The notes: generated by a model not told the origin, from the sequence alone. DNA of 64,000 nucleotides from Arenicellales bacterium (GCA_965220725.1 OZ244840.1:2304548-2368547), one strand, 5' to 3'; shown: positions 1 through 9,940, numbered from the stretch's first letter. Numbers and translations are program-made.

Positions 1-3000
1 ATCTTCGCTGCCCGGATTGCGATGGCAGTCGATTCCGCGCTGAAATCTGCGATGTTCGGATCAAGCCTGCAGGGGACGGCAATGGCGCAGCTGCCAAGTC
101 GATTGTCCAGATTCTCGATATGACTGTTGCCGAGGCGATAGTGTTTTTCTCTGACAGCAACAAGATCATCAATGCGCTGTCGCCACTGGTTGACGTGGGC
201 TTGGACTACCTCAAGCTTGGCCAGCCCATTCCAACGCTGAGCGGGGGTGAGGCACAGCGGCTCAAGCTGGCGGCGCATGTCGCAAAAAGCGGTCAACGCA
301 AGCGAAATCAGGGTCACACACTGTTTCTGTTTGATGAGCCGACCACGGGCTTGCACTTCACGGATGTCTCGAAACTGGTCAGTTCACTTGGAAAACTGAT
401 CGAGGGCGGAAACTCGGTGATTGTCATCGAGCACAATCTGGATCTGATCTCGTGCGCTGACTGGGTTATTGACTTGGGACCTGAAGGTGGCGACCAGGGC
501 GGTGAGGTGATCGCCATCGGCGCGCCGGGGGAACTTTCAAAACGAGGGAAGACGCCGACAGAAGTGGCGCTGAAAGATCACTTCGAGCGCCGAACCAGTC
601 AGGCTGATATCCCGTCTCTGGATTTTGAGCGGGTTGAGAGTCCAATCGACATGATTACGATTCGCAATGCCCGGGAGCACAATCTCAAGGACATCTCCCT
701 AAGCATTCCCTATAACGCCATGACGGTGATCACCGGGCTCAGTGGCAGTGGGAAGAGTACCGTTGCTTTTGACATTCTGTTCTCGGAAGGGCAGAAGCGA
801 TACCTGGAAACCATCAATGCCTATGCACGACAGTTTGTTCAGCCTTCGACGCGCGCTGATTTCGACGCGGTCATCGGAATTCCCCCGACCGTGGCGGTCG
901 AGCAGCGCATCAGTCGCGGCGGGCGGCGCAGTACGGTTGCAACACTGACCGAGATCTACCACTTCATCCGACTGCTGTTTGTTCGTTTCGGCACCCAGTA
1001 CTGCCCGGATTGCAATGTTGCGGTCACTGCCCAGTCTGTGGAATCGATCATCAAGCAGATTGTCGAGCAGCACGCGTCGCAGCCGGTCAGTATCTTCGCC
1101 CCGCTGGTTGTTGCCAGGAAAGGTTATTACACCGATCTTGCGAATTGGGCCAGCAGGAAGGGTGTTTCACAGCTGCTGGTCGACGGTGAGTTGCTGCCGA
1201 CTGACCCGTGGCCGCGTTTGGATCGATATCGCGAACACGATATTGACATGCCGATCGCGTCGCTGACTGTGAACCGCTCCTGCAGAAGCGAACTGGAAGC
1301 GGCCATTGCTGGTGCACTCGAGATCAGTCAGGGACATTTTCGTATTGCGGTTGGTGAGTCCCAAGGACATTTCGAATCGCTGACGAGCTATTCCACGACG
1401 CGATCGTGTCCCCGCTGTGAGCGGTCGTTCGATGAGTTGGATCCAAGGCTTTTTTCCTACAATTCAAAGCAGGGTTGGTGTTTGTCCTGCCTGGGTACCG
1501 GGTTGGACACTGCAAACCACGATGAGGATGAGATTGACTCGACCGATAACGGTGTTGAGGCGCTGTGCGGTTCCTGCCAGGGCAAGCGCCTGAATCCGGT
1601 GGCGCTGGCTGTGAGATTCAAGGGCATGACCGTCGACCAGCTGGGCAGTCTTTCCATTTCGGCAGCCCGCAACTCCCTGTTGAATGTGAAACTCTCTGAA
1701 CGGGAGAAGGTTGCCGCCAGGGATATTCTGTCCGAACTCAACGCCCGGTTGAACTTTCTGGAATCGGTTGGACTCTCCTATCTTGCGCTCAACCGCTCCG
1801 CCCCGACACTGAGCGGTGGTGAGGCGCAACGCATCAGATTGGCGGCGCAACTTGGGTCGAGTCTGTGCGGTGCGTGTTATGTCCTTGATGAACCCACAAT
1901 CGGTCTGCATTCCCGGGACAACAGGCGATTGCTGTCGGCATTGCAAACACTTCGCAAGAAAGGCAATACGATAGTTGTTGTCGAACATGATGAGGAAACC
2001 ATCACTGCAGCGGATCATGTTGTGGACCTGGGGCCGGGTGGAGGCCTTCGCGGTGGTGAGGTAGTGGCTGCCGGAACCGTGTCCGAAATCAGGCGGAACG
2101 CAAGGTCGATCACCGGACAGATGCTCAGTCAGCCCATTCTGCATCCGATGACGCGACGCCGAAGCCCACCGAACCGTTCCGTGGCGGTCGAGATCATTGG
2201 TGCGGTCAAGAACAATCTAAGGAACGTCAAGGTCAGCCTGCCGTTGAATTCTCTGATCTGTGTGACCGGCGTCAGTGGCAGCGGCAAGAGCACACTGGTG
2301 CGGGATATCCTGTACACCAATCTCCGTAGTGCAGTCTCGCAAAAACGCGATGGTGCGGATACCACCGTCTGGGAGGGATGCAGTGAACTGCTGGGATGCG
2401 GCAAGGTGGACCGTGTTCTTGAAGTGGATCAGACACCGATTGGAAAGACACCGCGATCATGTCCGGCGACGTATGTGAATGTCTGGCAAACCATCAGGAA
2501 TCTGTTCGCTGAAACAACCGAGGCGAGGCTGCGCGGTTATGACGCCAGCCGGTTTTCCTTTAATGTGGAAGGCGGTCGATGTGACGCCTGCGGTGGTCAG
2601 GGCATCAGGCGTATTGAAATGAACTTCCTGCCCGATGTCCGGGTCCGATGCGAGAACTGCAATGGAGACCGGTTCAATCTGGAGACTCTTGCGGTTCGTT
2701 ACCGCAATCGGTCAATTGCAGATGTGTTACATATGAGCATGGAGGAGGCCTTGGAATTCTTTGGAAACATCCCCTCGCTCAAGCGTGTCTTCAAGTTCAT
2801 CGTTGAGGTAGGACTCGGTTTTCTCACACTCGGACAGCAAAGTCCCACACTGAGCGGGGGCGAGGCCCAGCGAATCAAACTGGTGTCGGAACTGTCCAAG
2901 GCACTACCCAGGGATACGGGAATGGGGGCGGATGCGGGTCCGGAGCGGACCAAAACCCTCTACATCCTGGATGAGCCGACAGTGGGACTACACACAGCCG

Positions 3001-3230
3001 ATGTGGAAAAACTGATCACCGTCATTCACGCATTGGTGGATGCCGGCAACACCGTGGTGGTCGTTGAGCACAACCTTGACATTGTTGCCGAATCCGACTG
3101 GATCATTGATCTGGGTCCGGAGGGCGGTGAGTTTGGCGGACGGGTTGTGACCCAGGGCCGACTGTCGCGCATTCTCAAGTCAAAGCGGTCGCATACCGCC
3201 GCCGCATTGAGAGACAAGCTGGGACGGTGA
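1..3230 (+). CDS. UvrA-family double ABC ATPase, 5'-truncated by the window edge. The C-terminal part of one UvrA-like unit is fused in frame to a complete second UvrA-like unit. It looks like a class II/III-type paralog with no UvrB-binding domain evident.
   Basis: Frame 3 is open from nt 3 (LRCPDCDGSRFRAE zinc module) into ORF 120..3230. There are three LSGGEAQR signatures, Walker A GLSGSGKST and GVSGSGKST, Walker B LFLFDEPT, YVLDEPT and YILDEPT, and several CxxC pairs. A fresh UvrA N-terminus (ITIRNAREHNLKDISLSIPYNAMTVITGLSGSGKS) begins about 180 aa into the listed ORF. Confidence 0.9.
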   Translation, partial: LRCPDCDGSRFRAEICDVRIKPAGDGNGAAAKSIVQILDMTVAEAIVFFSDSNKIINALSPLVDVGLDYLKLGQPIPTLSGGEAQRLKLAAHVAKSGQRKRNQGHTLFLFDEPTTGLHFTDVSKLVSSLGKLIEGGNSVIVIEHNLDLISCADWVIDLGPEGGDQGGEVIAIGAPGELSKRGKTPTEVALKDHFERRTSQADIPSLDFERVESPIDMITIRNAREHNLKDISLSIPYNAMTVITGLSGSGKSTVAFDILFSEGQKRYLETINAYARQFVQPSTRADFDAVIGIPPTVAVEQRISRGGRRSTVATLTEIYHFIRLLFVRFGTQYCPDCNVAVTAQSVESIIKQIVEQHASQPVSIFAPLVVARKGYYTDLANWASRKGVSQLLVDGELLPTDPWPRLDRYREHDIDMPIASLTVNRSCRSELEAAIAGALEISQGHFRIAVGESQGHFESLTSYSTTRSCPRCERSFDELDPRLFSYNSKQGWCLSCLGTGLDTANHDEDEIDSTDNGVEALCGSCQGKRLNPVALAVRFKGMTVDQLGSLSISAARNSLLNVKLSEREKVAARDILSELNARLNFLESVGLSYLALNRSAPTLSGGEAQRIRLAAQLGSSLCGACYVLDEPTIGLHSRDNRRLLSALQTLRKKGNTIVVVEHDEETITAADHVVDLGPGGGLRGGEVVAAGTVSEIRRNARSITGQMLSQPILHPMTRRRSPPNRSVAVEIIGAVKNNLRNVKVSLPLNSLICVTGVSGSGKSTLVRDILYTNLRSAVSQKRDGADTTVWEGCSELLGCGKVDRVLEVDQTPIGKTPRSCPATYVNVWQTIRNLFAETTEARLRGYDASRFSFNVEGGRCDACGGQGIRRIEMNFLPDVRVRCENCNGDRFNLETLAVRYRNRSIADVLHMSMEEALEFFGNIPSLKRVFKFIVEVGLGFLTLGQQSPTLSGGEAQRIKLVSELSKALPRDTGMGADAGPERTKTLYILDEPTVGLHTADVEKLITVIHALVDAGNTVVVVEHNLDIVAESDWIIDLGPEGGEFGGRVVTQGRLSRILKSKRSHTAAALRDKLGR

Positions 3231-3334
3231 ACGGCTCTGAAGTCAGCTTCTGAAACAGGCGTTCCTGCCCCCGATCAGCAACCTGCCTGACCCTGGTCTC
3301 CTGCCCAAACGAATCAAGGCGATATCCGGAATCC

Positions 3335-4006
3335 CTAGAGATTTCGCCTCAGGTCGTGCTGTCGCTGCGAAATGTAATTCTTCATGGCAATCTCAGCACG
3401 ATCCGGATCCCGTTGCGCAATCGCCTCAGCAACATCGCGTGTCATCATCTCATGGGCATCCGCAATCGAATGCCAGGTTCCGATCTTGACTGAAAGATAA
3501 AACCAAAGCCTCAGGTGGAGATTGAAGATTTTTGGAATGGTCTCGGCAATGAACGAGTTGCCACAGGCATGGCAAAGCACCCGATAGAACTCTCGGTCAT
3601 GGTGAACATACGAATCAACATCATTGTCCTTGATGGCCTGAACCAGCGAGCCGTGAATCCGCATCAGGTCCTCGGCCTGTGCGGGTGTTGCCCGCGTTGC
3701 AGCCAGACGGCAGGCGTAACCGTCAATCAGGCCCCTGAATTCGTAGATTTCCTGCACATTGGTATAGGTGATTTCGGATACAAACATGCCCCGATTCAGT
3801 CGGTGTGTCACCAAGCCCTCAATCGCCAATCGCTGCAGTGCCTCGCGGATGGGGGTTCTGCCAATGCCCAGCTCATCCATCAGCGACTTCTCCGCCAGCA
3901 CTGACCCAGGCGGCAACTCGAGCCTGGTAATCCGCATGACCAGCTCTTCGTAGGCCTTGTCAGCGAGCGATACCGGAGATGCTTTCTTCTCAGCGTTCAT
4001 ATTCAC
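3335..4006 (-). CDS. GntR-family (FadR/FCD-type) transcriptional regulator, the last gene of the corrinoid methyltransferase operon.
   Basis: N-terminal wHTH (LAEKSLMDELGIGRTPIREALQRLAIEGLV) plus a helical C-terminal domain. The GTG at 4006 overlaps the upstream stop (GTGA). An alternative ATG lies at 4000. Confidence 0.85.
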   Translation of the reverse strand: MNMNAEKKASPVSLADKAYEELVMRITRLELPPGSVLAEKSLMDELGIGRTPIREALQRLAIEGLVTHRLNRGMFVSEITYTNVQEIYEFRGLIDGYACRLAATRATPAQAEDLMRIHGSLVQAIKDNDVDSYVHHDREFYRVLCHACGNSFIAETIPKIFNLHLRLWFYLSVKIGTWHSIADAHEMMTRDVAEAIAQRDPDRAEIAMKNYISQRQHDLRRNL

Positions 4007-5004
4007 TCGTTAGCAGCGGCTATGATTCGACCAAATTTCGTTTCCAGCAATCGGGCGTCAAGATCCTCTCCGATCACGACCAAGCGGTAGTGGTCTCTGG
4101 TCTCGGACTCCTCAATCTGAAGATTGCCTGTCGCATACTGAATCAGCACGGGTTTGCCATCCAACAGCATATAACCTTTCATTCGCCAAATCCTGTCAGG
4201 CAGACTGTCACAGGTATTCCTGAACTCCGGCTCGGAAAATTCACTATGTGGTTGCAGCACCAGTGAGTCCATGATTTCGTGTGCATGTTCGTGCGAATGA
4301 TCATGCGAATGATGGTGAGCATGATCGTGTCCATTTCCCGGCGATGAGTCTGCATGATCTGCGATCAATTGAGAGGACAGATTGGAAAATATCAAACTTG
4401 ATTCGATATCGCAATGATCAGCAAATCTGACTTCGGCAACGTCGTTCAATTGCCTGACCTGCCGGGTAACGCTCTTCAACGTTTCGTCCTGGGTCACGTC
4501 AACCTTGTTCAGTATCACAATGTCGGAATTGATGACCTGTGACTCATAGAACTCCCCAAGCATTGTGCGGATTTTCTCGAAATTTGATGCGTCGACCACG
4601 GTCACAACCGGAGCGACATCGAACAGATCGCGAACTTCGGGCTCCTCAAAGTCATCCAGCATATCATCCGGGTCGGCGACGCCGGTCGCCTCGACAATGA
4701 TTCGCTTGGCGCCATTCTCATTTATGAGTTCCTCAATGGCGCTGAGCAATGAGCCTCTCAGTGTGCAGCAGATGCAGCCGGACACCAGTTCAATGGTGTC
4801 AATTGACTTGCCCTTGATGATGTCGCCATCAACACCAACCGCACCGAATTCGTTGACAATGACCGCGGTCGGAATTTCAGGATCTGCGGTTTGCAGGAGA
4901 TTTCTGACGAGAGTGGTTTTCCCAGCGCCTAGAAATCCGAATAACAGGTGAATTCGAGGAAGATTACTCACTGACTTACCCGGGGAGGTGATGGAAGATT
5001 TCAT
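4003..5004 (-). CDS. COG0523/CobW-family G3E GTPase metallochaperone with a His-rich insert.
   Basis: P-loop GFLGAGKTTL, GCICC metal motif, and a His-rich run HDHAHHHSHDHSHEHAHE. I chose the ATG at 5004 (MKSSITSPG...) because the longer ORF to 5145 would overlap the upstream gene. Confidence 0.85.
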   Translation of the reverse strand: MKSSITSPGKSVSNLPRIHLLFGFLGAGKTTLVRNLLQTADPEIPTAVIVNEFGAVGVDGDIIKGKSIDTIELVSGCICCTLRGSLLSAIEELINENGAKRIIVEATGVADPDDMLDDFEEPEVRDLFDVAPVVTVVDASNFEKIRTMLGEFYESQVINSDIVILNKVDVTQDETLKSVTRQVRQLNDVAEVRFADHCDIESSLIFSNLSSQLIADHADSSPGNGHDHAHHHSHDHSHEHAHEIMDSLVLQPHSEFSEPEFRNTCDSLPDRIWRMKGYMLLDGKPVLIQYATGNLQIEESETRDHYRLVVIGEDLDARLLETKFGRIIAAANE

Positions 5005-5008
5005 TTGA

Positions 5009-6946
5009 TTATACCGCTTGTTTAGTCTTGTGCATTCTCCGCTTGCGTGCGCTTGACTTTGACGGTGAGGGAAATGGCGATCCGGAAAACGCCATTGAAT
5101 CCACAAAAATATCCTGAAAATCCGCTCTTGCGGCGAGTGCCACATGTTCGATCTGTCCGGTTATTTCTGAAGCCTTGTGACGCTCGGTTTCGGAAAGCAG
5201 CGCCATCTGTGCGCCAAGCAGTGCGGCATTTCCGACGTAGGAAATTCTTTCGTGTTCCAGATTCGGCAGCAGTCGGATGGTCTTTGCACTTTCGATGTTG
5301 ATATAGTTTCCGAACCCACCACACAGCATCAGCTCCTCAATCTTGTCATCAGACAGTTCCATGACGGATTGAAGCATTCGGATGCCCGAGTAAATGGCAC
5401 TTTTCGCCAGTTGCAGCTGCCGCACATCGGCCTGGGTTACCGAGATGTTCTGGTTTCGTCCTGCGTCTTCCTCCCAGATCAGAACAAACTCTGCCGCGCC
5501 GGTGCTGCTTCGGGTCAGCCGTTCACGGATTTTCTCAGGCAGCACCTCCAGCTCGCGCTTACGCATGTTGCCGTTGCTGTCCATGACGCTGGAATCAATC
5601 ATGTTGGCTGCCGCATCGATCAGACCTGAGCCGCAAATCCCGATTGCCGGAACGTTTCCGATGACCGAACACTCAAAGTCCTCGTCTGCCTCAACTTTCT
5701 CAACCGCGCCGAGCGCCCCGCGCATGCCGTCCCTGATTTGTGCGCCTTCAAGTGCCGGTCCCGCAGGGGCTGAGCAGGCGGTGAGACGGTCACGCGAACC
5801 CATCACCACCTCGCCATTGGTGCCGATATCCACCAGCGCCCTGATTTCCTCACTTTCGTGAATCCGCGTCGACAGGATGCAGCCGACGGTATCAGCTCCG
5901 ACAAAGCCTGCGATGATCGGCAGCAGGCACACCTGCGCGTTGGCGGCCGCCTTGAGTGGCAGTTCGGTTGCCGGCAGCACGATGTTGTCCCGAACCACCG
6001 GCGCATAGGGGGCAAGGCCGACGTAGGACACATCAATACCGAGGAAGATATGGTGCATGCAGGTATTGCCGACTACGACAATCTTGTAGACATGTCGTGG
6101 ATCGATGCCGGCTTCTTGGCTGCATTGGCGGATGTAGTTGTTGACCTGGTTGAGGACCTTTGCGCGCAGTGTCGCCAGTTTCTTGTCATCGAACTGGGCA
6201 TAGGCAATCCGCGACATAAGGTCACCGCCATAGACAGACTGTGCGTTGACGCCGCCGGCGGAGGCCAGCTGCTCGCCGGTCTGCAGGTCCAACAGCGTAC
6301 CGACCACGCTGGTTGTTCCGATATCGAAAGCCATGCCGTAGACGTGTTCGGTGGTATCGCCAGCCTCAACATCAATAATTGTGCCATTGAAGGTGGTGAC
6401 GGTGATCTCACCGCCCTTGCTTCGGAGCACTTGTGGAAGGTCTCGCATGACATGCAGCGGAACCGCCTCGTCTGACAGTTCAGACATGACAGACAGGATT
6501 TCCTCCACGTCGGAGGTTTGATGATGCTCCTCGACCGGGGCTTTCGCCTTGACAACATGCTTTGTCACGCCACAATCAAGGTGCAGGTGGGAACTGTCGC
6601 CAGCTCCGTCTGCAGATGCCAGTATCTGGTGACCCTCTTCGGCTTTGGGCGGCATCGGGAGAACAATGGTGTCGCCGAGCATCTTGGTCTGGCAGGAAAG
6701 CCGAAAGCCTTCGTGCACTTCGTCATGGCCGAGCTGCACGGTGTCCTGCACCGTTGGTGGAGGTGTGTCACCCTTGAGGATCTTGACCCGGCAACTTCTG
6801 CACCGCCCCCGGGAACCGCAGGTGGCATCAATCTGGATGCCGGCGGCATGGGCGGCGTCGAGGATGGTTACATCCCGGTCAACACGTACCGTGCGTTGCG
6901 TATCATTTTCAGCACTGGGGAAAGTGACTGAGATCTTGTCGAGCAT
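5009..6946 (-). CDS. RACo/RamA-like corrinoid reductive activase: an N-terminal plant-type 2Fe-2S ferredoxin fused to an ASKHA ATPase domain.
   Basis: The 2Fe-2S motif is ATCGSRGRCRSCRV. The ASKHA phosphate-1-like motif is MAFDIGTTSVVGTLLDLQTGE. I chose the ATG at 6946 (MLDKISVTF), 1 nt after the upstream stop. Confidence 0.8.
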   Translation of the reverse strand: MLDKISVTFPSAENDTQRTVRVDRDVTILDAAHAAGIQIDATCGSRGRCRSCRVKILKGDTPPPTVQDTVQLGHDEVHEGFRLSCQTKMLGDTIVLPMPPKAEEGHQILASADGAGDSSHLHLDCGVTKHVVKAKAPVEEHHQTSDVEEILSVMSELSDEAVPLHVMRDLPQVLRSKGGEITVTTFNGTIIDVEAGDTTEHVYGMAFDIGTTSVVGTLLDLQTGEQLASAGGVNAQSVYGGDLMSRIAYAQFDDKKLATLRAKVLNQVNNYIRQCSQEAGIDPRHVYKIVVVGNTCMHHIFLGIDVSYVGLAPYAPVVRDNIVLPATELPLKAAANAQVCLLPIIAGFVGADTVGCILSTRIHESEEIRALVDIGTNGEVVMGSRDRLTACSAPAGPALEGAQIRDGMRGALGAVEKVEADEDFECSVIGNVPAIGICGSGLIDAAANMIDSSVMDSNGNMRKRELEVLPEKIRERLTRSSTGAAEFVLIWEEDAGRNQNISVTQADVRQLQLAKSAIYSGIRMLQSVMELSDDKIEELMLCGGFGNYINIESAKTIRLLPNLEHERISYVGNAALLGAQMALLSETERHKASEITGQIEHVALAARADFQDIFVDSMAFSGSPFPSPSKSSARKRRMHKTKQAV

Positions 6947-6947
6947 G

Positions 6948-7667
6948 TCAACTCCACGCTGCCCGCGGCTCTTCCACCAGTCTGAGTGCCAGCCGTACGG
7001 CATCAACTGCATCCTTGCCCCAACCATCGGCTCCGCATTCGTCCGCCCATTCCTGTGTTGTCGGCGCACCGCCGATCAGGATCTTCACCTTGTCGCGATC
7101 GCCGGCATTCTGAAACTCCTCGATCGTCACCTTCTGGTAGTACACGGTAGTCGAGAGCAAAGCCGAAAATCCGACCAGGTCGGCGTTCTCCTCGCGGGCG
7201 GTCTGTATGAATTTATCCGGATGCACGTCTGTTCCCAGGTTGATGACCCGGAAGCCTGCGTTTTCGAGCATGATGGTTACGATCGATTGTCCGATGTCAT
7301 GCATGTCACCGAGCACGGTTCCAATCACGAACGTACCGACGGGTTTTTCCGCCATGGCTGCCAGCAAGGGGCGGATCAGGGCGAGCCCCGCCTTCATGGC
7401 CCGGGCGGTGATCAGCATTTCCGGGATGAAAATGACCTGGGCGCTGAATCGGTCAGCCTGCAGGTTGAATCCCGGGAACAGTCCGTCATCGAGAATCACT
7501 CTCGGATCAATATCCGCATCAATCGCCTGCTGAACACGGGCATCGGTGTAGACGTGGTCACCGTTTTCCACTGCATCCCAGAGTGTTTCCCATTCCCAAT
7601 TTTCGGGTGCGCGTCCTTCCCATCCCTCGGGAATAACCAGGACCGGATCTTCAATTTCTTCAAACAT
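6948..7667 (-). CDS. Corrinoid (cobalamin)-binding protein: B12-binding cap plus Rossmann-like B12 domain.
   Basis: DxHxxG motif in GTVLGDMHDIGQSIV, followed by LGTDV and SALLSTT. This is typical of MtaC/MtbC/MetH B12 domains. Confidence 0.85.
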   Translation of the reverse strand: MFEEIEDPVLVIPEGWEGRAPENWEWETLWDAVENGDHVYTDARVQQAIDADIDPRVILDDGLFPGFNLQADRFSAQVIFIPEMLITARAMKAGLALIRPLLAAMAEKPVGTFVIGTVLGDMHDIGQSIVTIMLENAGFRVINLGTDVHPDKFIQTAREENADLVGFSALLSTTVYYQKVTIEEFQNAGDRDKVKILIGGAPTTQEWADECGADGWGKDAVDAVRLALRLVEEPRAAWS

Positions 7668-7681
7668 GTCTCAATCGTCAA

Positions 7682-8851
7682 CTAATTCAATGGATATTTG
7701 CCGTAGGTGCCGAAGTCGCGTTGCGCTTCAAGCATCGTGAAGATGTTCTGGATCGGGACGTCGGCGAGAATGTAATGGGATGGCGAAAAGATATAGCCAC
7801 CGCCGGTGGCCAGGTTCTTCATAACCTCACACACACCGTTTCGCACGTCCTCCACCTGTCCCCTGGGGAGCAGACGCTGGACATCGAAACCTCCGATGAA
7901 CGCAATGTCATCACCGTACTTCTGCTTGAGTTCCTTTTGATGCTTGTTGCCGCCTGTTGGCTGCATCAGACCGGACAGGTCAACACCGAGTTCAATCATG
8001 TCCCCGATGATGGGGGAATAATCACCACAGGAGTGGAGCTTGATGTAGATGTCCGGGTTGGACTTGCGGAACTCCTTGAACATATAGTCAAACCGGGGCT
8101 TGCCTAATTCCCGCCACTGTTCAGGTGAGATCATCATTGACTGCTGTGCACCGACATCATCACCAACCCGGATCATGTCGACACCGAGATCGATGACATT
8201 CTTGCCCAGCTGGGTATAGTATTCCGTCAGTCCGTCCAGCACTCCCTTGATCAACTCAGGCTGGTCGAACAGCATCAGGAAGAAGTTCTGGGTACCGACG
8301 ATATGGGCGTAGGCCGCCTCGATCAGTGTTGACGACAAGTCAACAATGATGAAATAATCCTTCTGATACTCCTCAAGCAGTCTCTTGATGGGTTCTAGCA
8401 GTTCCGGATCAGCCGGGTCGGGCCAGGTGTAATTTTTAAGTTCCTCCATCGAGGTGATCGGGTGATGGTTGGGGAAGTTTTCCGGCACAACCTTTGCCGG
8501 CCCCCAGAACTCCTGGGTTTTCGCAAACACCTCGTGTTCCTCTTCGGTCCGGCCCTTGAGTCCGCTCTTTCCATAGCCGACGCCAAAATGGTTGAACCAG
8601 GTCTCGCCGATTGCGATTGGGCGATGGGAGAACTGGGCGTTGATACCGATCTGATAGATGATGGCATCATTGCCGAGTCGCAATTCCAGTTCGGGATTGT
8701 GTTTCATGCCGGTACCGGTTTTGGTGATGCCGTAAACCCGTGCAATCTTTTCCTTGGCTTCACTTTTCATTCGGTACAGCAGTGGTACCCGGTCAACCTT
8801 TTCATGTCGAATAGCCCGGGCAAAGCGATCGCGTGGCAGTAATTCCTTCAT
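7682..8851 (-). CDS. URO-D (uroporphyrinogen decarboxylase)/MtaA-CmuA-family methyltransferase, the putative substrate-side methyltransferase.
   Basis: Full-length URO-D-like pattern: RFARAIRHEKVDRVPL at the N-terminus, DDVGAQQSMMISPEQW, KLHSCGD, and GGYIFSPSH near the C-terminus. It carries an H-x-C ... C arrangement (LHSCGD, with a Cys in NGVCEV 66 residues later). Confidence 0.75.
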   Translation of the reverse strand: MKELLPRDRFARAIRHEKVDRVPLLYRMKSEAKEKIARVYGITKTGTGMKHNPELELRLGNDAIIYQIGINAQFSHRPIAIGETWFNHFGVGYGKSGLKGRTEEEHEVFAKTQEFWGPAKVVPENFPNHHPITSMEELKNYTWPDPADPELLEPIKRLLEEYQKDYFIIVDLSSTLIEAAYAHIVGTQNFFLMLFDQPELIKGVLDGLTEYYTQLGKNVIDLGVDMIRVGDDVGAQQSMMISPEQWRELGKPRFDYMFKEFRKSNPDIYIKLHSCGDYSPIIGDMIELGVDLSGLMQPTGGNKHQKELKQKYGDDIAFIGGFDVQRLLPRGQVEDVRNGVCEVMKNLATGGGYIFSPSHYILADVPIQNIFTMLEAQRDFGTYGKYPLN

Positions 8852-8938
8852 CTTTGTTCGCCTCTCGTTAAATTGGTTCGTGGTGTATTCGGTTCATCTG
8901 TCAAATATAGTTGATTTGGTCGTAAGTTGGCCAACGGA

Positions 8939-9940
8939 CTATTTCGACACCCGTCTGGCTGGCTTGTTCAGCGCACGGATGTACCTGAGATACTTGACGG
9001 AATACTCATCCCGTGCGGTCAGGGAATTTGCCGCAAACAGGAAATCGTTGAACGGTTTGACCTGATTCATGATGGGATCGATCATCAACGAGTCACAGCC
9101 GGCGAGAATCGCCAGCGTCACAAAGGCATGATTGAGAATCTTGCGCTGCGGCAATCCGAATGATACGTTGCTGTGACCGCCGAAGATGTGAACAGCCGGG
9201 TAGCGCGTCCTGAGTTCGCGTACTGCATCAAGGTAGTGATTGCCAAAGTCCGGTCCTGCGCCAATGGGAAAGACCAGCGGATCCAGGAACCGGTCTTCCA
9301 TGGGAATGCCGCCGGCATCCATCATCTGCATGCACTGCTCGAGATTGTTGACACGCTCTTCGGCATCCTGTGGCATGCCGCGGTTGCCGCTGGCATTGGC
9401 GAACAGGATTGCATTCTTTTCGCGTGCCATGTCCACCAGCACCTGGCGGCCGTCTTCGAGATTGAATGAGTTGATCGCCGGGCGGCTGATCGTGCCGTCA
9501 TGGGCTTCCAGTCCGGCATAGATGGTGTTGGAATCGGAGGAATCAATCGACACCACCGACGAGGTGATGGACTGGGCGGTTCTGACCAGCCACTTCATCC
9601 ATTCATAGCGCTCCTCGGGGTAGACTGACATCTCATCCACACAAAGATCAATGATGTGTGCGCCATTGGCTTCCTGCGACTTGATCGCCCAGTTGATGTA
9701 TTCCATGTCCTTTTGACGGCAGGCTTCCGCGATATGCGGAATGGCAAAAATCTTCTGCTCGTTGGGATCTTCGGGTATGGATGGGGTGACGTCGAGCCGC
9801 CCGGTTGTACCGTCGAGTTTGGCATAGGCAATGAACCACTTGTCGTCCTCGCGGACAACACGCGGACTCGAGGCCTTGATTCTCCTCGTGGCATTGAAGT
9901 TTTCGCCAATGATGACGAGACCGTCATTTTTCACTTTCAT
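8939..9940 (-). CDS. Pterin-binding (MeTr/MetH pterin domain, DHPS-like) methyltetrahydrofolate:corrinoid methyltransferase.
   Basis: The N-terminus LVIIGENFNATRRIK resembles the IGERxNxTG start of pterin-binding TIM barrels. Its size and its position next to a corrinoid protein fit this call. Confidence 0.7.
   Translation of the reverse strand: MKVKNDGLVIIGENFNATRRIKASSPRVVREDDKWFIAYAKLDGTTGRLDVTPSIPEDPNEQKIFAIPHIAEACRQKDMEYINWAIKSQEANGAHIIDLCVDEMSVYPEERYEWMKWLVRTAQSITSSVVSIDSSDSNTIYAGLEAHDGTISRPAINSFNLEDGRQVLVDMAREKNAILFANASGNRGMPQDAEERVNNLEQCMQMMDAGGIPMEDRFLDPLVFPIGAGPDFGNHYLDAVRELRTRYPAVHIFGGHSNVSFGLPQRKILNHAFVTLAILAGCDSLMIDPIMNQVKPFNDFLFAANSLTARDEYSVKYLRYIRALNKPARRVSK

Noticed and set aside
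6645-7685. A 346-aa plus-strand ORF.
   Set aside because: It lies antisense to the corrinoid protein and activase genes, both of which have clear family motifs. Its sequence is low-complexity and Arg/Ser/Pro-rich, which is typical of antisense frames in GC-rich DNA.
7682-8851. A pyrrolysine (in-frame TAG) MttB-type methyltransferase.
   Set aside because: The substrate-side methyltransferase is URO-D-like, not MttB-like. All operon ORFs are uninterrupted, and no pyl genes are in the window.
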